This document shows positions 9,715-20,022 of a stretch of 64,000 bases of DNA, piece after piece. Positions within the stretch are counted from its first letter, which is position 1. Each line of letters begins with the position of its first letter. The translations under genes were made by a program, and so were the position numbers. The notes beneath the pieces were generated by a model. The model was not told where the DNA came from, did not search any database, and saw only the letters and a list, made by a program, of their open reading frames with translations. The DNA comes from an uncultured Gammaproteobacteria bacterium (GTDB taxonomy: Bacteria > Patescibacteriota > Microgenomatia > UBA10105 > UBA927). Location: contig CAYUZE010000002.1 in the NCBI GenBank assembly GCA_964449585.1, positions 52,833 through 116,832 of the forward strand, written 5' to 3'.

Positions 9715-10430
9715 TTTATACAAACGGCAGAGGGCAATCGACACTTCTTTCGGGACTTCCCGGCATTACGCACGGCTATTCGGATCGCACATTGGGAGAC
9801 GGACGAATTGCATCCAATACCGATGCGTTTATCAAAACGGTTATCGGCACCACCCGTCCCGTCATTCGGGGGCAACAGGTGCACGCTTCGGACGTTGCGG
9901 TCGTCGATGCGACGTTTCCCCGGACGGTTTCGGGAGTCGACGGAGTGGTAACGGCGGATCCATCCGTCATGCTGGAAGTGCATGTGGCGGACTGTGTGCC
10001 GGTGCTTCTTGCGGATCCGGTGGCAAAAGTTGTCGCCGCAGTGCATGCGGGCTGGAAGGGAACGCTTGCCGGTATCGTGCAAAATGCGGTGACCCGTATG
10101 AAACAACAGGGAGCCACGCCAGCTACTATCTATGCATCGATCGGTCCGCATATCGGCAGATGCTGTTATGCTATAGGGAGTGATCGGGCTGAGTTGTTTG
10201 CCAAAAAGTTCGGCAACGATCCTATGATTATCTCAAACAGCGGTGATACCTGGTACGCTGATATAGGCTATGCGAACAGACAACTGCTTCTTACCGCAGG
10301 CGTTACCCAGGTACACATTGATGCGCCGGTTACCTGCACGTCGTGTCAGAATGACCGTTTTTTTTCGTTTCGCAAAGATACCAAAGAAACATTCGGGGAA
10401 ATTATAGGGGTGATCGGCATTACCGGATAA
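9711..10430 (+). CDS. pgeF: PgeF/YfiH family protein
   Basis: QVH, ADCVPV, HAGWKG, GPHIGRCCY, CTSC..FFSFR. Confidence 0.9.
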   Translation: MIYTNGRGQSTLLSGLPGITHGYSDRTLGDGRIASNTDAFIKTVIGTTRPVIRGQQVHASDVAVVDATFPRTVSGVDGVVTADPSVMLEVHVADCVPVLLADPVAKVVAAVHAGWKGTLAGIVQNAVTRMKQQGATPATIYASIGPHIGRCCYAIGSDRAELFAKKFGNDPMIISNSGDTWYADIGYANRQLLLTAGVTQVHIDAPVTCTSCQNDRFFSFRKDTKETFGEIIGVIGITG

Positions 10431-10436
10431 TTCATT

Positions 10437-11849
10437 ATGAAACACACAAACTTTCCGTATAAGCATGCCCATCTTGTGGGGATCAAGGGCGTTGCCATGT
10501 CTGCGCTTGCCGTTTATCTCAACGATTGCGGAGTGAAGGTGACGGGAAGCGATATTGCGGATGATTTTCCCACAAAGGAAGAACTTGATCGGGCACGGAT
10601 TCCCGTCTCGGTCGGCTTTGACGCATCAAGGATGACGGGGAAGCAGGCACCTGACGTCGTGTATTATACCGGAGCGCATAACGGACGGGATAATGTAGAA
10701 GTTGTTGCCGCTCGGGAGGCAGGCATCCCCGTATTTCCGCACGGGCAGGCACTCGGGATGATCATGCAGGGAACGCGTCAGATCGTCGTTTCGGGGAGCC
10801 ACGGCAAAACGACGACGAGTGCCATGGTTGCGGTGCTCCTTTCCCGCGCCGGAAGTGAACCGAGCTGGGCAATCGGGTGCGGATCGATTAACGGTTTGGG
10901 AGCCGCGGGCAGAAAAGGAAAAGGCAGTTTTTTCATCGCCGAGGGCGATGAATATGTTACGGATCCCGGTCATGATCAGACGCCGCGGTTTCTGTGGCTT
11001 GTTCCCGAGATACTCATTGTTACCAACATTGATTTTGATCACCCCGATGCGTACACCGATCTTGCCCAGGTCCAGGCGGCATTTACCAAACTGCAGGAAA
11101 AAAGTACCACCGTCGTATGTAATGCCGACGATGCCAACAGCAGAGTGCTTCTCGGCAAACAAAACGTCGTGACGTTCGGGTTCTCCCCGAATGCGGAATA
11201 TCAGATTACGCATGTGGGGGTAGGGAACGGCAGAATGTTTTTTACGTTGCACGAACGCGGAGTTTCGCTGGGTGAATTTTCGCTGAAGGTTCCCGGCAGG
11301 CATAACGTGCTAAATGCCGTGGCGGCAATGGTTTCTGCGCATATTGCGGGCGTCGGTTGGGACGTACTCAAGGGAGGCATCACCGGATTTACGGGCACAA
11401 AACGACGGTTTGAGGCGTTACCCGGAAGTACCGACGCGCTTCGTTTCTACGATGATTATGCCCATCACCCCACCGAGATAGCGGCAACACTCAAGGCCGC
11501 GAGATCATGGTATCCGTCATCCCGGATTATTGCCGTATTTCAGCCGCATACGTACTCCCGAACCAAAACGCTGTTAAAAGAATTCGGCGCGTGTTTCTCC
11601 GATGCGGACACCGTCATTCTTACCGACATTTACGCGTCTGCCCGGGAACACGATACGCTGGGTATCACGGGAATGACGCTTGTTAATGAGCTTTCTCCCC
11701 ATCACAAAGAGGTGCATTTTGCCAAAGACCAAAACGCGGTGGCAACCCTTCTTCACACCCTGTCGGATCATGACACCGTCGTTATGTTTATGGGCGCGGG
11801 AGACATATATAATTGGGAACACGATGTCATACGGGAGGTAACATTATGA
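10437..11849 (+). CDS. murC: UDP-MurNAc--L-alanine ligase
   Basis: GIKGVAMSALA, GSHGKTTT, EGDEY, DDYAHHPTEI, FQPHTYSRT. Confidence 0.95.
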   Translation: MKHTNFPYKHAHLVGIKGVAMSALAVYLNDCGVKVTGSDIADDFPTKEELDRARIPVSVGFDASRMTGKQAPDVVYYTGAHNGRDNVEVVAAREAGIPVFPHGQALGMIMQGTRQIVVSGSHGKTTTSAMVAVLLSRAGSEPSWAIGCGSINGLGAAGRKGKGSFFIAEGDEYVTDPGHDQTPRFLWLVPEILIVTNIDFDHPDAYTDLAQVQAAFTKLQEKSTTVVCNADDANSRVLLGKQNVVTFGFSPNAEYQITHVGVGNGRMFFTLHERGVSLGEFSLKVPGRHNVLNAVAAMVSAHIAGVGWDVLKGGITGFTGTKRRFEALPGSTDALRFYDDYAHHPTEIAATLKAARSWYPSSRIIAVFQPHTYSRTKTLLKEFGACFSDADTVILTDIYASAREHDTLGITGMTLVNELSPHHKEVHFAKDQNAVATLLHTLSDHDTVVMFMGAGDIYNWEHDVIREVTL

Positions 11850-12826
11850 CGGACAGACTGTATGAGTTTTTAAGCCGACTCGCTCCGAAAGTGAAAGAAC
11901 AGGAGCCGCTTGCCCGCTACACCACCTTCAAAATCGGCGGGCCGGCCGATTACTTTTATGAGGCAAAAACCAAAGAAGAATTTATTACGGCAGTATCCCT
12001 CGCCAGGGCAACGGGGTTGCCGCTTTTTGTCATGGGCGGCGGAACAAACATTCTCATCGGAGATCGCGGGATACGGGGGATTGTCATAAAAAATTCATCA
12101 CAGGCAATTACGATCAGGGGGATCCGCGGGTCAGTGGAACAGGGAGCAAAGAAAAAAACGGTCTTTGTCGAGGCGGATGCGGGAGTTTCGATGAACAAGC
12201 TGGTGCGATTTACGATAGAAGAAGGATTATCGGGGCTTGAGATGCAACTGGGTCTTCCCGGGAGCGTGGGAGGGGCGACGTTTATGAATTCCAAATGGAC
12301 GAAACCGGTAGGCTACGTGGGAGACGTGGTATATCAGGCGGAACTCCTCACTCCGGAAGGGGAACGCAAGATCGTATCGCGGGATTACTTCGACTTTGCA
12401 TACGACTATAGCGCCCTGCAAAAAACGGGTGATATCGTCGTTTCGGTCACCTTTGCCCTTGTCCAGGATGAAAAAGACCGACTGTGGCAGGTAGCAAACG
12501 AAAGCATCGGGTATCGCAGGGAAACACAGCCCCAGGGGGTATTTTCCGCGGGATGTACGTTCAAAAACATTTCCAAAGCATCGGCGCTTACCGCCGCAAC
12601 CCCCAACTACACGACATCGGCGGGCTTTTTGGTCGATCACGCGGGGATGAAAGGAAAGGTAATCGGAGACGCGGAAATTTCGCCGGTGCATGCAAACTTT
12701 ATCATCAACAGAAAAAATGCAACGGCAGTCGACGTGGTAGAATTAATCGAGGCGGCAAGAACAGCCGTGAAGGAAAAATTCGGCGTGAGTCTCGAAGAAG
12801 AGATTATACGGGTGGGAGAATTCTGA
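11846..12826 (+). CDS. murB: UDP-N-acetylenolpyruvoylglucosamine reductase
   Basis: TTFKIGGPA, GGGTNIL, PGSVGGA, SAGCTFKN, HANFIIN. Confidence 0.95.
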   Translation: MTDRLYEFLSRLAPKVKEQEPLARYTTFKIGGPADYFYEAKTKEEFITAVSLARATGLPLFVMGGGTNILIGDRGIRGIVIKNSSQAITIRGIRGSVEQGAKKKTVFVEADAGVSMNKLVRFTIEEGLSGLEMQLGLPGSVGGATFMNSKWTKPVGYVGDVVYQAELLTPEGERKIVSRDYFDFAYDYSALQKTGDIVVSVTFALVQDEKDRLWQVANESIGYRRETQPQGVFSAGCTFKNISKASALTAATPNYTTSAGFLVDHAGMKGKVIGDAEISPVHANFIINRKNATAVDVVELIEAARTAVKEKFGVSLEEEIIRVGEF

Positions 12827-12827
12827 T

Positions 12828-14168
12828 ATGGATACGTTTATCATCAAAGGCGGCAATCCGCTAACCGGTACGATTCATGTTGAGGGCGCAAAAAATGTCG
12901 CCTTGAAAATCCTCATCGCATCCCTCCTCACCGACGAGGAAATCATTATTCACAACGTCCCGCATCTTAAGGACGTATTTTCCCTTATCGAAGTCCTGAA
13001 GAGTCTGGGGGTTTCCGCCGTATTTACCCGGCATGATTTGGTCATAAAAAACGGTACAATGGCGAGTGAACCGCTTGTTCCTCTTGATATCGGCGCACGG
13101 CTTCGGACCTCTTCGATGGTATTGGGTCCGCTTCTTGCACGATACGGCAAAGCACATGTTCCCAATCCCGGCGGATGCAGATTGGGCGCGCGTCCGATTG
13201 ACCGCCATATAGTGGGACTTCGGGATATGGGAGCCGTCATTGACTACAATTCGGAAGACGGATTTTTTCATGCAACGGCTATAGGGCTTCACGGTGCTAC
13301 CGTGACATTCCCGAAAAATACGCACACCGGCACCGAAACCATCATATTGGCCGCGGTGCTTGCAAAAGGACAAACCGTCATAGAAAATGCCGCGGAAGAA
13401 GTGGAAGTCGATGATCTCATTGCCTGTCTTAACCTTATGGGTGCAAACATTCGGCGCACGACTCCCCGAACCATTGTCATCGAGGGAGTGGATAAACTGC
13501 ACGGCGTCGAGTACACCATCATGCCTGACCGAAATGAAGAGGTAACGTTTGCCATCGCGGCGGCTATTACGGGAGGAGATCTTATCGTCACCGGCTCCCA
13601 ACGAAAACACCTTTCCTCATTTTTGTCCGTATTTGCACAGGCGGGCGGGGTGTATGAGCCGATAGATGAAACGAGCACCCGGTACAGAAGCGGCGGCCGC
13701 CTTACGGGGACGGACATCGTTACGCTCCCGCATCCGGGATTTATGACCGACTGGCAGGCGCCGTGGGCGGTGTTTATGACGCAGGCTGAAGGTACCTCGA
13801 CGATTCACGAAACGGTGTTTGAAAGCAGATTTTCATATGTGGGAGAGCTTATGAAAATGGGTGCCGATATAACTTTTTACGACCCCGAGGTGAAAAATCC
13901 TCCCGATTTTTATAACTTCAATTGGGAAGACCGGAAAGAAGGGTATCATCAGGGCATACGAATTCACGGAAAGTCGACGCTTCATAACGCCGTGCTTTCA
14001 GCCGATGATATCCGGGCGGGGGCGTCGCTTGTTCTTGCGGCGCTTGTCGCTTCGGGCGAAAGCTATATCCACAACGTTGATCTTATCGATCGCGGTTATG
14101 AAGACCTTGAAGGCAGGTTGAGTTCCGTAGGCGCGACCATCAGCCGGAAAAAGGAGCAGTTGCCATGA
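12828..14168 (+). CDS. murA: UDP-GlcNAc 1-carboxyvinyltransferase
   Basis: GAKN, PGGCRLGARPIDRH, PGFMTDWQ, DIRAGA, DRGYE. Confidence 0.95.
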   Translation: MDTFIIKGGNPLTGTIHVEGAKNVALKILIASLLTDEEIIIHNVPHLKDVFSLIEVLKSLGVSAVFTRHDLVIKNGTMASEPLVPLDIGARLRTSSMVLGPLLARYGKAHVPNPGGCRLGARPIDRHIVGLRDMGAVIDYNSEDGFFHATAIGLHGATVTFPKNTHTGTETIILAAVLAKGQTVIENAAEEVEVDDLIACLNLMGANIRRTTPRTIVIEGVDKLHGVEYTIMPDRNEEVTFAIAAAITGGDLIVTGSQRKHLSSFLSVFAQAGGVYEPIDETSTRYRSGGRLTGTDIVTLPHPGFMTDWQAPWAVFMTQAEGTSTIHETVFESRFSYVGELMKMGADITFYDPEVKNPPDFYNFNWEDRKEGYHQGIRIHGKSTLHNAVLSADDIRAGASLVLAALVASGESYIHNVDLIDRGYEDLEGRLSSVGATISRKKEQLP

Positions 14169-15475
14169 AACGCGATGTTACGATGGTGGTACTCACAGCG
14201 GGTATCGGCAAGCGGTTTGCGCCGTTTCGTACCGACAAAACCCTCTTCCCGTTTCTCGGAAAAAAAGTCATCGATTATGCCCTGCCGAACAAATTACCGC
14301 CTGAAGTGGTTCGTCTCGTACTTGTGGTAAGCGAGCGTAACCTTGAAACGTTTGAAGCAATGCATTTCCCCGTGCCGCACACCGTGGTTGTGCAAAAAGA
14401 AGCAACCGGTATGGCGGGAGCGCTTCTTGCCGCAAAAAACGAACTTCGGAAGAAAGCGATCCTCGTCGTCATCGGAGACGATGTGGCGGATGATTGCCTC
14501 ATTGATACGGTGTTACAAAGTGTCAGACCGGACGTATCCGGCGTTATCGTAGGTTGGAAACCGAAGCAGTATTTCCCCGGGGGATATCTGGTGTTTCGTG
14601 AGGGGAGACCTGTGGGTATCAAAGAAAAACCCGGTGAGGGTAAGACGCCGAGCGAGTACGTGTACTTCGGCGGACAATATATCGCCGACGCCGACAGTCT
14701 GATTGCCGCCATCGAATCTGCTCCGGAGCAAACCGACGATAGGTACGAACATGCCCTCACCGCGCTTATGGCAAAGGATCGATTCGTGATGGTGCCCTAT
14801 GAGCGTGAATTTGTTTCGCTAAAATATCCCTGGCATGTACTGGATATGACCGAGTATTTACTCACCCACCGATTGGTTGCCGGCCGGGGAAAGCGAGTGG
14901 AAATACGAAACAACGTAAGTATTGAAGGCCCCGTATATTTGGGGAATAACGTGAAGATTTTTGAAAACACGAAGATAGTGGGGCCGGTGTATATCGGTGA
15001 CAACACGATCGTGGGCAACAATAATATCATTCGAGACAGCATTATCGGTGAAAATTGCGTTACCGGGTTTAACACCGATATCACGAGGAGCTATATCGGC
15101 GACAACTGCTGGTTCCACAGTAACTATGTCGGCGACAGTGTTCTTGAAGGCGATGTCAGTATGGGTTCGGGATCGGTGCTTGCCAACCTGCGGCTGGATG
15201 AAGGGGAAATACACTCCGTTGTCGGAGAACAAAAAATAAATACCAAAAAAACAAAATTGGGTGCCATGATAGGCAGAGGGGTACGCATAGGGGTAAATAC
15301 GAGTGTTATGCCCGGTGTCAAAATAGGTGCAAATTCCCTGATAGGAGCGGGCATTTTGCTTGATGCCGATATTCCCGCCGATTCGTTTTGTACCGGAAAA
15401 AGCACCCTTGTCGTCAAAAAAAATACCCGTGCAGTGGGTACAAATAATCGGGATAAATATAAAGCAAAAATCTGA
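14165..15475 (+). CDS. Bifunctional sugar-1-phosphate nucleotidyltransferase/acetyltransferase (archaeal-type GlmU-like)
   Basis: AGIGKRF..K nucleotidyltransferase N-terminus, YPW motif, hexapeptide beta-helix C-terminus (YVGDSVL, ANLRLD, KLGAMIG). Confidence 0.8.
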   Translation: MKRDVTMVVLTAGIGKRFAPFRTDKTLFPFLGKKVIDYALPNKLPPEVVRLVLVVSERNLETFEAMHFPVPHTVVVQKEATGMAGALLAAKNELRKKAILVVIGDDVADDCLIDTVLQSVRPDVSGVIVGWKPKQYFPGGYLVFREGRPVGIKEKPGEGKTPSEYVYFGGQYIADADSLIAAIESAPEQTDDRYEHALTALMAKDRFVMVPYEREFVSLKYPWHVLDMTEYLLTHRLVAGRGKRVEIRNNVSIEGPVYLGNNVKIFENTKIVGPVYIGDNTIVGNNNIIRDSIIGENCVTGFNTDITRSYIGDNCWFHSNYVGDSVLEGDVSMGSGSVLANLRLDEGEIHSVVGEQKINTKKTKLGAMIGRGVRIGVNTSVMPGVKIGANSLIGAGILLDADIPADSFCTGKSTLVVKKNTRAVGTNNRDKYKAKI

Positions 15476-15481
15476 TGCCCT

Positions 15482-16198
15482 ATGAAACAGGATCTTATTA
15501 TTCTTCACGGCTGGAACCTTTCGGGGAAGCGATTTCATGCTCTTGCCGACAGATTTCGTAAGGCGGGATTCCGCGTCTTTGCCCCGGATATGCCGGGATT
15601 CGGAGATGAAAAAGCCCCTGATGTCGCCTGGCATGTTTCGGATTATGCGGAATTTCTTCATCGGTATATTACAAAACATACGATAAAAAATCCCATTCTC
15701 GTCGGTCATTCATTCGGCGGGAGGGTTTCGTTGAAATACACCGAGCTGTATCCTTCACGAGTCAAAAAAATCGTCTTGACGGGTACGCCGGGTTACAGTC
15801 CTATCCCTTCTAAGAAACTGCGCTTTTTCCTGATTATTTCGAAAATCGGGGGAATTATTTTTCAGCTCCCGGGGTTACGGCATATCGCGGACACTGCGCG
15901 TAAATGGTTGTACTACATTGCCGGTGCCAGGGAATTTTTACGTGCCGAAGGCGCGATGCGACAAACGTTTAAATATATTGTGGCGGATGACTTATCGATT
16001 GCCATGCGATCGGTTGCCGTACCCTGCCTCCTGGTGTGGGGACAAAACGACACGATAGTCCCCGTTTCGGTCGCGGAGCGAATGCGCGATACCATCCGAG
16101 GCTCCCGTCTCATCGTCATGCCGGAAATGACCCACGCCGTTCCGTTTAAAAACCCCGCGGAATTTGCCGCTCGCGTCATGGAATTTTTGCAAACGTGA
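15482..16198 (+). CDS. Alpha/beta hydrolase
   Basis: LHGW, DMPGFG, GHSFGG, WGQND, terminal His. Confidence 0.9.
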   Translation: MKQDLIILHGWNLSGKRFHALADRFRKAGFRVFAPDMPGFGDEKAPDVAWHVSDYAEFLHRYITKHTIKNPILVGHSFGGRVSLKYTELYPSRVKKIVLTGTPGYSPIPSKKLRFFLIISKIGGIIFQLPGLRHIADTARKWLYYIAGAREFLRAEGAMRQTFKYIVADDLSIAMRSVAVPCLLVWGQNDTIVPVSVAERMRDTIRGSRLIVMPEMTHAVPFKNPAEFAARVMEFLQT

Positions 16199-16199
16199 T

Positions 16200-17798
16200 A
16201 TGGAACTACTTGTAACCTTAGGAGGTATAGGTTTCGCCGCCCGAGCAGGTCACAAGATTGCCGGCTTGCTCTTTTTATGGTGGCGCAAAGAATACCGTAT
16301 CGATAGGATGCGCATCCACATGGGGACCGCACAGGGCAAGACTTTGCTTTTTGCCAAAACGCACCTTCTTGCGATATTCCTCCTTATGCTCGCATCGGTT
16401 CCGGGTCTGCGGGACATTTCGATAGCGTTGTTGGCGATTTTTTATGCGGTCGTGGGAGGTATGTACGCACGAAGTATAAGGAATTGGCACCTGCCGCCGG
16501 TTTCCCCGAAAGTTATCCTGTTGGGTACTTTTCTCGTCGGAACGCTCATTTTCGCCCCGTTTGTTATGCCGTTTCCGTGGATCGTGTCTCTTGCAATCAC
16601 CGATCTTTTGCTGTTTCCCGTGAGTACGATTATCGTCGTGCTTTTGACGATACCGACGCGGCTATACCACCGAATAAAAATTCGCCAGGCCATAGGGATA
16701 CTTTCCAGACACAAAAAAATGGCGGTCATAGGCATCACGGGCAGTTACGGAAAGACCTCCGTCAAAGAATATGTCTCGGCAATTCTTGCCACGGGGCATA
16801 AGACGATAAAAACCGAAGCAAGCAAAAATTCGCCGATAGGGATTGCTGAATTGCTCCTGCGGAAACTTTCAGCCGATGATGAGGTATTTGTGGTGGAAAT
16901 GGGGGCATACCGGCCGGGAGAAATAGGGGAAATGGCCGCCATGGTTCATCCGGAAGTCGGCATACTCACGGCTATCAATCCCCAACACCAGGATTTGTTC
17001 GGTTCCATCGAAACAACGATGCAGGCCAAATATGAGCTGGTACAAGGGTTGGTCGGAAAACGCATCGTGATAGTTAACCTGGATGACCATAGGGTATGTA
17101 CCATGGCACAGTGGGCACGACGGGACGGATGTATCATCTGGGGATGGACGGTACGGGAGCCTCACAAAAATCACGCCGCTCTCGCCGACGAAATATTTTA
17201 CGGCGACAATATCCGTTCGGATATCACCGGCGTTCGCTTTGAATGCAGGTACAAGTCACAAAAAATATCCGTCCACGCACCCGTCGTAGGAGTACACCAA
17301 GCGGGCAACATTCTGGCGGCGATTGCGGGAGCGGTGGCAGTCGGGATGGATTTTCGGTCTGCGGCAAAAGCGGCAAGTACGGTCAGTCCCGCCGAAAAAG
17401 TCATGCGGGTTCGACCCGGAGTGAACGGAAGCATTTTTATCGATGATACATTCAATAACAATCCCGATGCGGCCATGGCGGCGATTCGTTTTCTGGGCGA
17501 TCAGAAAGGAAAACGCATTATGGTGTTTCAACCAATGGTAGAGTTGGGCGCATATGCACAGAGTTCACATGAGGCGGTGGGAGAGGTTGCCGCAAAGCAT
17601 TGCGATGTCATCTTCCTGACAAACGGTAATTTTTCCGAATCGTTTATCAAAGGCGTCAAAAAAGTTTCTCCGAAATGTCCCGTATATATCCGTCCTCCGT
17701 CACCGATTGCCACGTATATCCGTGATAAGGTGCAGAAAGGCGATGTCGTGCTTTTTAAGGGAAAAGATGCCGAACACGCATTGCATCTGCTTGTATAA
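16200..17798 (+). CDS. murF: MurF-family ligase with N-terminal transmembrane domain
   Basis: Hydrophobic N-terminus, then GITGSYGKTSVKE, VEMGAY, IDDTFNNNP, MVELG. Confidence 0.85.
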   Translation: MELLVTLGGIGFAARAGHKIAGLLFLWWRKEYRIDRMRIHMGTAQGKTLLFAKTHLLAIFLLMLASVPGLRDISIALLAIFYAVVGGMYARSIRNWHLPPVSPKVILLGTFLVGTLIFAPFVMPFPWIVSLAITDLLLFPVSTIIVVLLTIPTRLYHRIKIRQAIGILSRHKKMAVIGITGSYGKTSVKEYVSAILATGHKTIKTEASKNSPIGIAELLLRKLSADDEVFVVEMGAYRPGEIGEMAAMVHPEVGILTAINPQHQDLFGSIETTMQAKYELVQGLVGKRIVIVNLDDHRVCTMAQWARRDGCIIWGWTVREPHKNHAALADEIFYGDNIRSDITGVRFECRYKSQKISVHAPVVGVHQAGNILAAIAGAVAVGMDFRSAAKAASTVSPAEKVMRVRPGVNGSIFIDDTFNNNPDAAMAAIRFLGDQKGKRIMVFQPMVELGAYAQSSHEAVGEVAAKHCDVIFLTNGNFSESFIKGVKKVSPKCPVYIRPPSPIATYIRDKVQKGDVVLFKGKDAEHALHLLV

Positions 17799-17803
17799 CC
17801 GCT

Positions 17804-19045
17804 ATGGGTATTGCTCGCGTCATATCAGCCTCGTTGTCGCCTGATACCGAAGGGGATGATGTCCTGCGCGCATTCGGTATGTTTTTGACGCCGTGGCGGT
17901 GGCAACGGGGAGGGAGTCTCGCCAAAGTTACCCGTTGGTTTGCCGAATATTTGGGGAACGGGGATCGTCCGTTTTTTTTCAATAGCGGACGCAGTGCGCT
18001 GTTAGTAATCCTCAAGAGCTTCGGTATAGGAGAAGGAGACGAGGTGATTGTACAGGCGTTCACGTGTGTCGCCGTTCCTAACGGTGTGCTGTGGGCGGGG
18101 GCGACTCCCGTCTATGCGGATATCGACGGGACCTACAATAGCGCACCGCGATCGGTAGAAAAATGCGTCAGCCGAAAAACAAAAGCGATTATCGTGCAAC
18201 ATACGTTCGGTGTCCCCGCCGATATGGACTCGCTTCTTGTCATCGCCAAAAAGCACAATCTTCTTCTTATCGAGGATTGTGCCCATGCGCTGGGATCACG
18301 ATGCAACGATACGCCGTTGGGAACCTTGGGTGATGCGGCTTTTTTCAGTTTCGGTCGTGATAAATCGCTTTCCAGCGTGTGGGGAGGAGCGGCGGTTATC
18401 CGCGCCAGACACAAAAAAGCGGTGGATGCGCTTTCCCGCTATCACGAACGCGTACCGCAACCAAACGCCGGTTGGATTGCCCAGCAACTTTTGCATCCGA
18501 TATTCTTTGCGCTCATTCTGCCGATGTACCGACTTGGCATAGGAAAACTGCTTTTATTTCTTTTGCAACGAATGCGGTTGTTATCGTTTCCGGTGTTTGC
18601 GACGGAAAAAACGGGCGGCAAACCGTTGTTGTTTCCGGCAAAATATCCCGAGGCGCTTGCCTATTTGCTTATCGGACAACTGAAAAAACTTACCCGCTAC
18701 ACGAAGATGCGTCAATCGATTGCGGCATATTACGCCGAATCGCTTGCTACTCTGCCCGGTATCACCCTGCCCAAACTGACAAACGGCAGTGCCCCTTTGC
18801 GATATACCATTGAAGTGGCTAACCCGGAACATATGAGGTCGAAAGCGAAAAAACAGGGGGTGCTTTTGGGGAATTGGTATAATAATATTATCGATCCCCG
18901 GGGTGTTGCATTTATCAGTATCGGCTATAAAAAGGGAAGTTGTCCCGTTGCGGAATCCGCCGCATCGAGAGTAGTCAATCTTCCCACCCTGATAAGCGGG
19001 AAGGATGCCAGCGCAGTCGTTTCGCTTATCCGGAAACTTCGTTAA
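17804..19045 (+). CDS. DegT/DnrJ/EryC1/StrS PLP-dependent aminotransferase
   Basis: NSGRSAL, QHTFG, IEDCAHALG, FSFGRDK. Confidence 0.9.
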   Translation: MGIARVISASLSPDTEGDDVLRAFGMFLTPWRWQRGGSLAKVTRWFAEYLGNGDRPFFFNSGRSALLVILKSFGIGEGDEVIVQAFTCVAVPNGVLWAGATPVYADIDGTYNSAPRSVEKCVSRKTKAIIVQHTFGVPADMDSLLVIAKKHNLLLIEDCAHALGSRCNDTPLGTLGDAAFFSFGRDKSLSSVWGGAAVIRARHKKAVDALSRYHERVPQPNAGWIAQQLLHPIFFALILPMYRLGIGKLLLFLLQRMRLLSFPVFATEKTGGKPLLFPAKYPEALAYLLIGQLKKLTRYTKMRQSIAAYYAESLATLPGITLPKLTNGSAPLRYTIEVANPEHMRSKAKKQGVLLGNWYNNIIDPRGVAFISIGYKKGSCPVAESAASRVVNLPTLISGKDASAVVSLIRKLR

Positions 19046-19048
19046 CCA

Positions 19049-20017
19049 ATGCAACTTTATTGGATAGACGCCATCATCGTCATCGTTATCCTATATCATC
19101 TGTATGAAGGGTGGATTCGCGGCAGTCTGACGCTTATCGCCAATTTATTTTCGTTCATCGATTCCCTTTGGCTTGCCATACGCTATCAGGGCGTCGTCGG
19201 AAGTTTTCTCGGCGAAAAATTCGGTATTACTCCCGCTTGGACTTCGGTTGTGGGGTATGCGGGTGTCGCCCTCATCGCTCAGCTTGTCATTGAAGAAGTA
19301 TTGCTGTTCGGAATCAATAGATTGCCCGGCAAACTCCATGCGTCAAAAATCAATCAGGTTCTGGGCGCGTTACTTTCCGCGGTTAACGGGTGCATTCTGA
19401 TTACTTTTTTCCTGCTTTTGATTCTTGCCCTTCCGTTACGGGGCACAATAAAACAGGATATTAACGCATCCTTCATAGGGAGTACATTGGTGCGGATTGC
19501 ACAGCGTTATGCGGGTGATATTACCGCATCGATTTCGCAGGCCGCAAAAAAAGCCGTCACCTTCCTTACGGTGGAGCCGGGTTCAAAACAGCAAATACCG
19601 CTTGATATTCCGACTCGTGGCGTCGTCTATACTACCGATAGCACCGCAGAATCGGGGATGGTCGATCTCGTCAACAAAGAACGGGTGCAGAAAGGCCTTG
19701 CACCGCTTACCCTGGATCCTTCAATAAGCACGGTTGCCCGAGGAAAAAGTCGGGATATGTTCGAGCGTCGATATTTTTCGCATTATGATCCCGACGGAAA
19801 AAACGCGGCCGATCGGATGGATGCGGCAAAGATCTCCTACACCGTGGTAGGGGAAAATTTGGCCTACGCTCCCGATCTCACGAGCGCGCACGAGGGTCTC
19901 ATGAACAGCCCGGGACATCGGGCAAATATTTTGGAACCCCGGTTCGGTCGGATCGGTATCGGCGTCATTGACGGAGGCATATACGGCAAAATGTTCACGC
20001 AAATATTTGCCGACTAA
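19049..20017 (+). CDS. CvpA (colicin V production)-CAP/SCP domain fusion
   Basis: Multi-TM CvpA-like N-terminus; C-terminal YFSH, GENLA, LMNSPGHRANIL. Confidence 0.85.
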   Translation: MQLYWIDAIIVIVILYHLYEGWIRGSLTLIANLFSFIDSLWLAIRYQGVVGSFLGEKFGITPAWTSVVGYAGVALIAQLVIEEVLLFGINRLPGKLHASKINQVLGALLSAVNGCILITFFLLLILALPLRGTIKQDINASFIGSTLVRIAQRYAGDITASISQAAKKAVTFLTVEPGSKQQIPLDIPTRGVVYTTDSTAESGMVDLVNKERVQKGLAPLTLDPSISTVARGKSRDMFERRYFSHYDPDGKNAADRMDAAKISYTVVGENLAYAPDLTSAHEGLMNSPGHRANILEPRFGRIGIGVIDGGIYGKMFTQIFAD

Positions 20018-20022
20018 CCATC

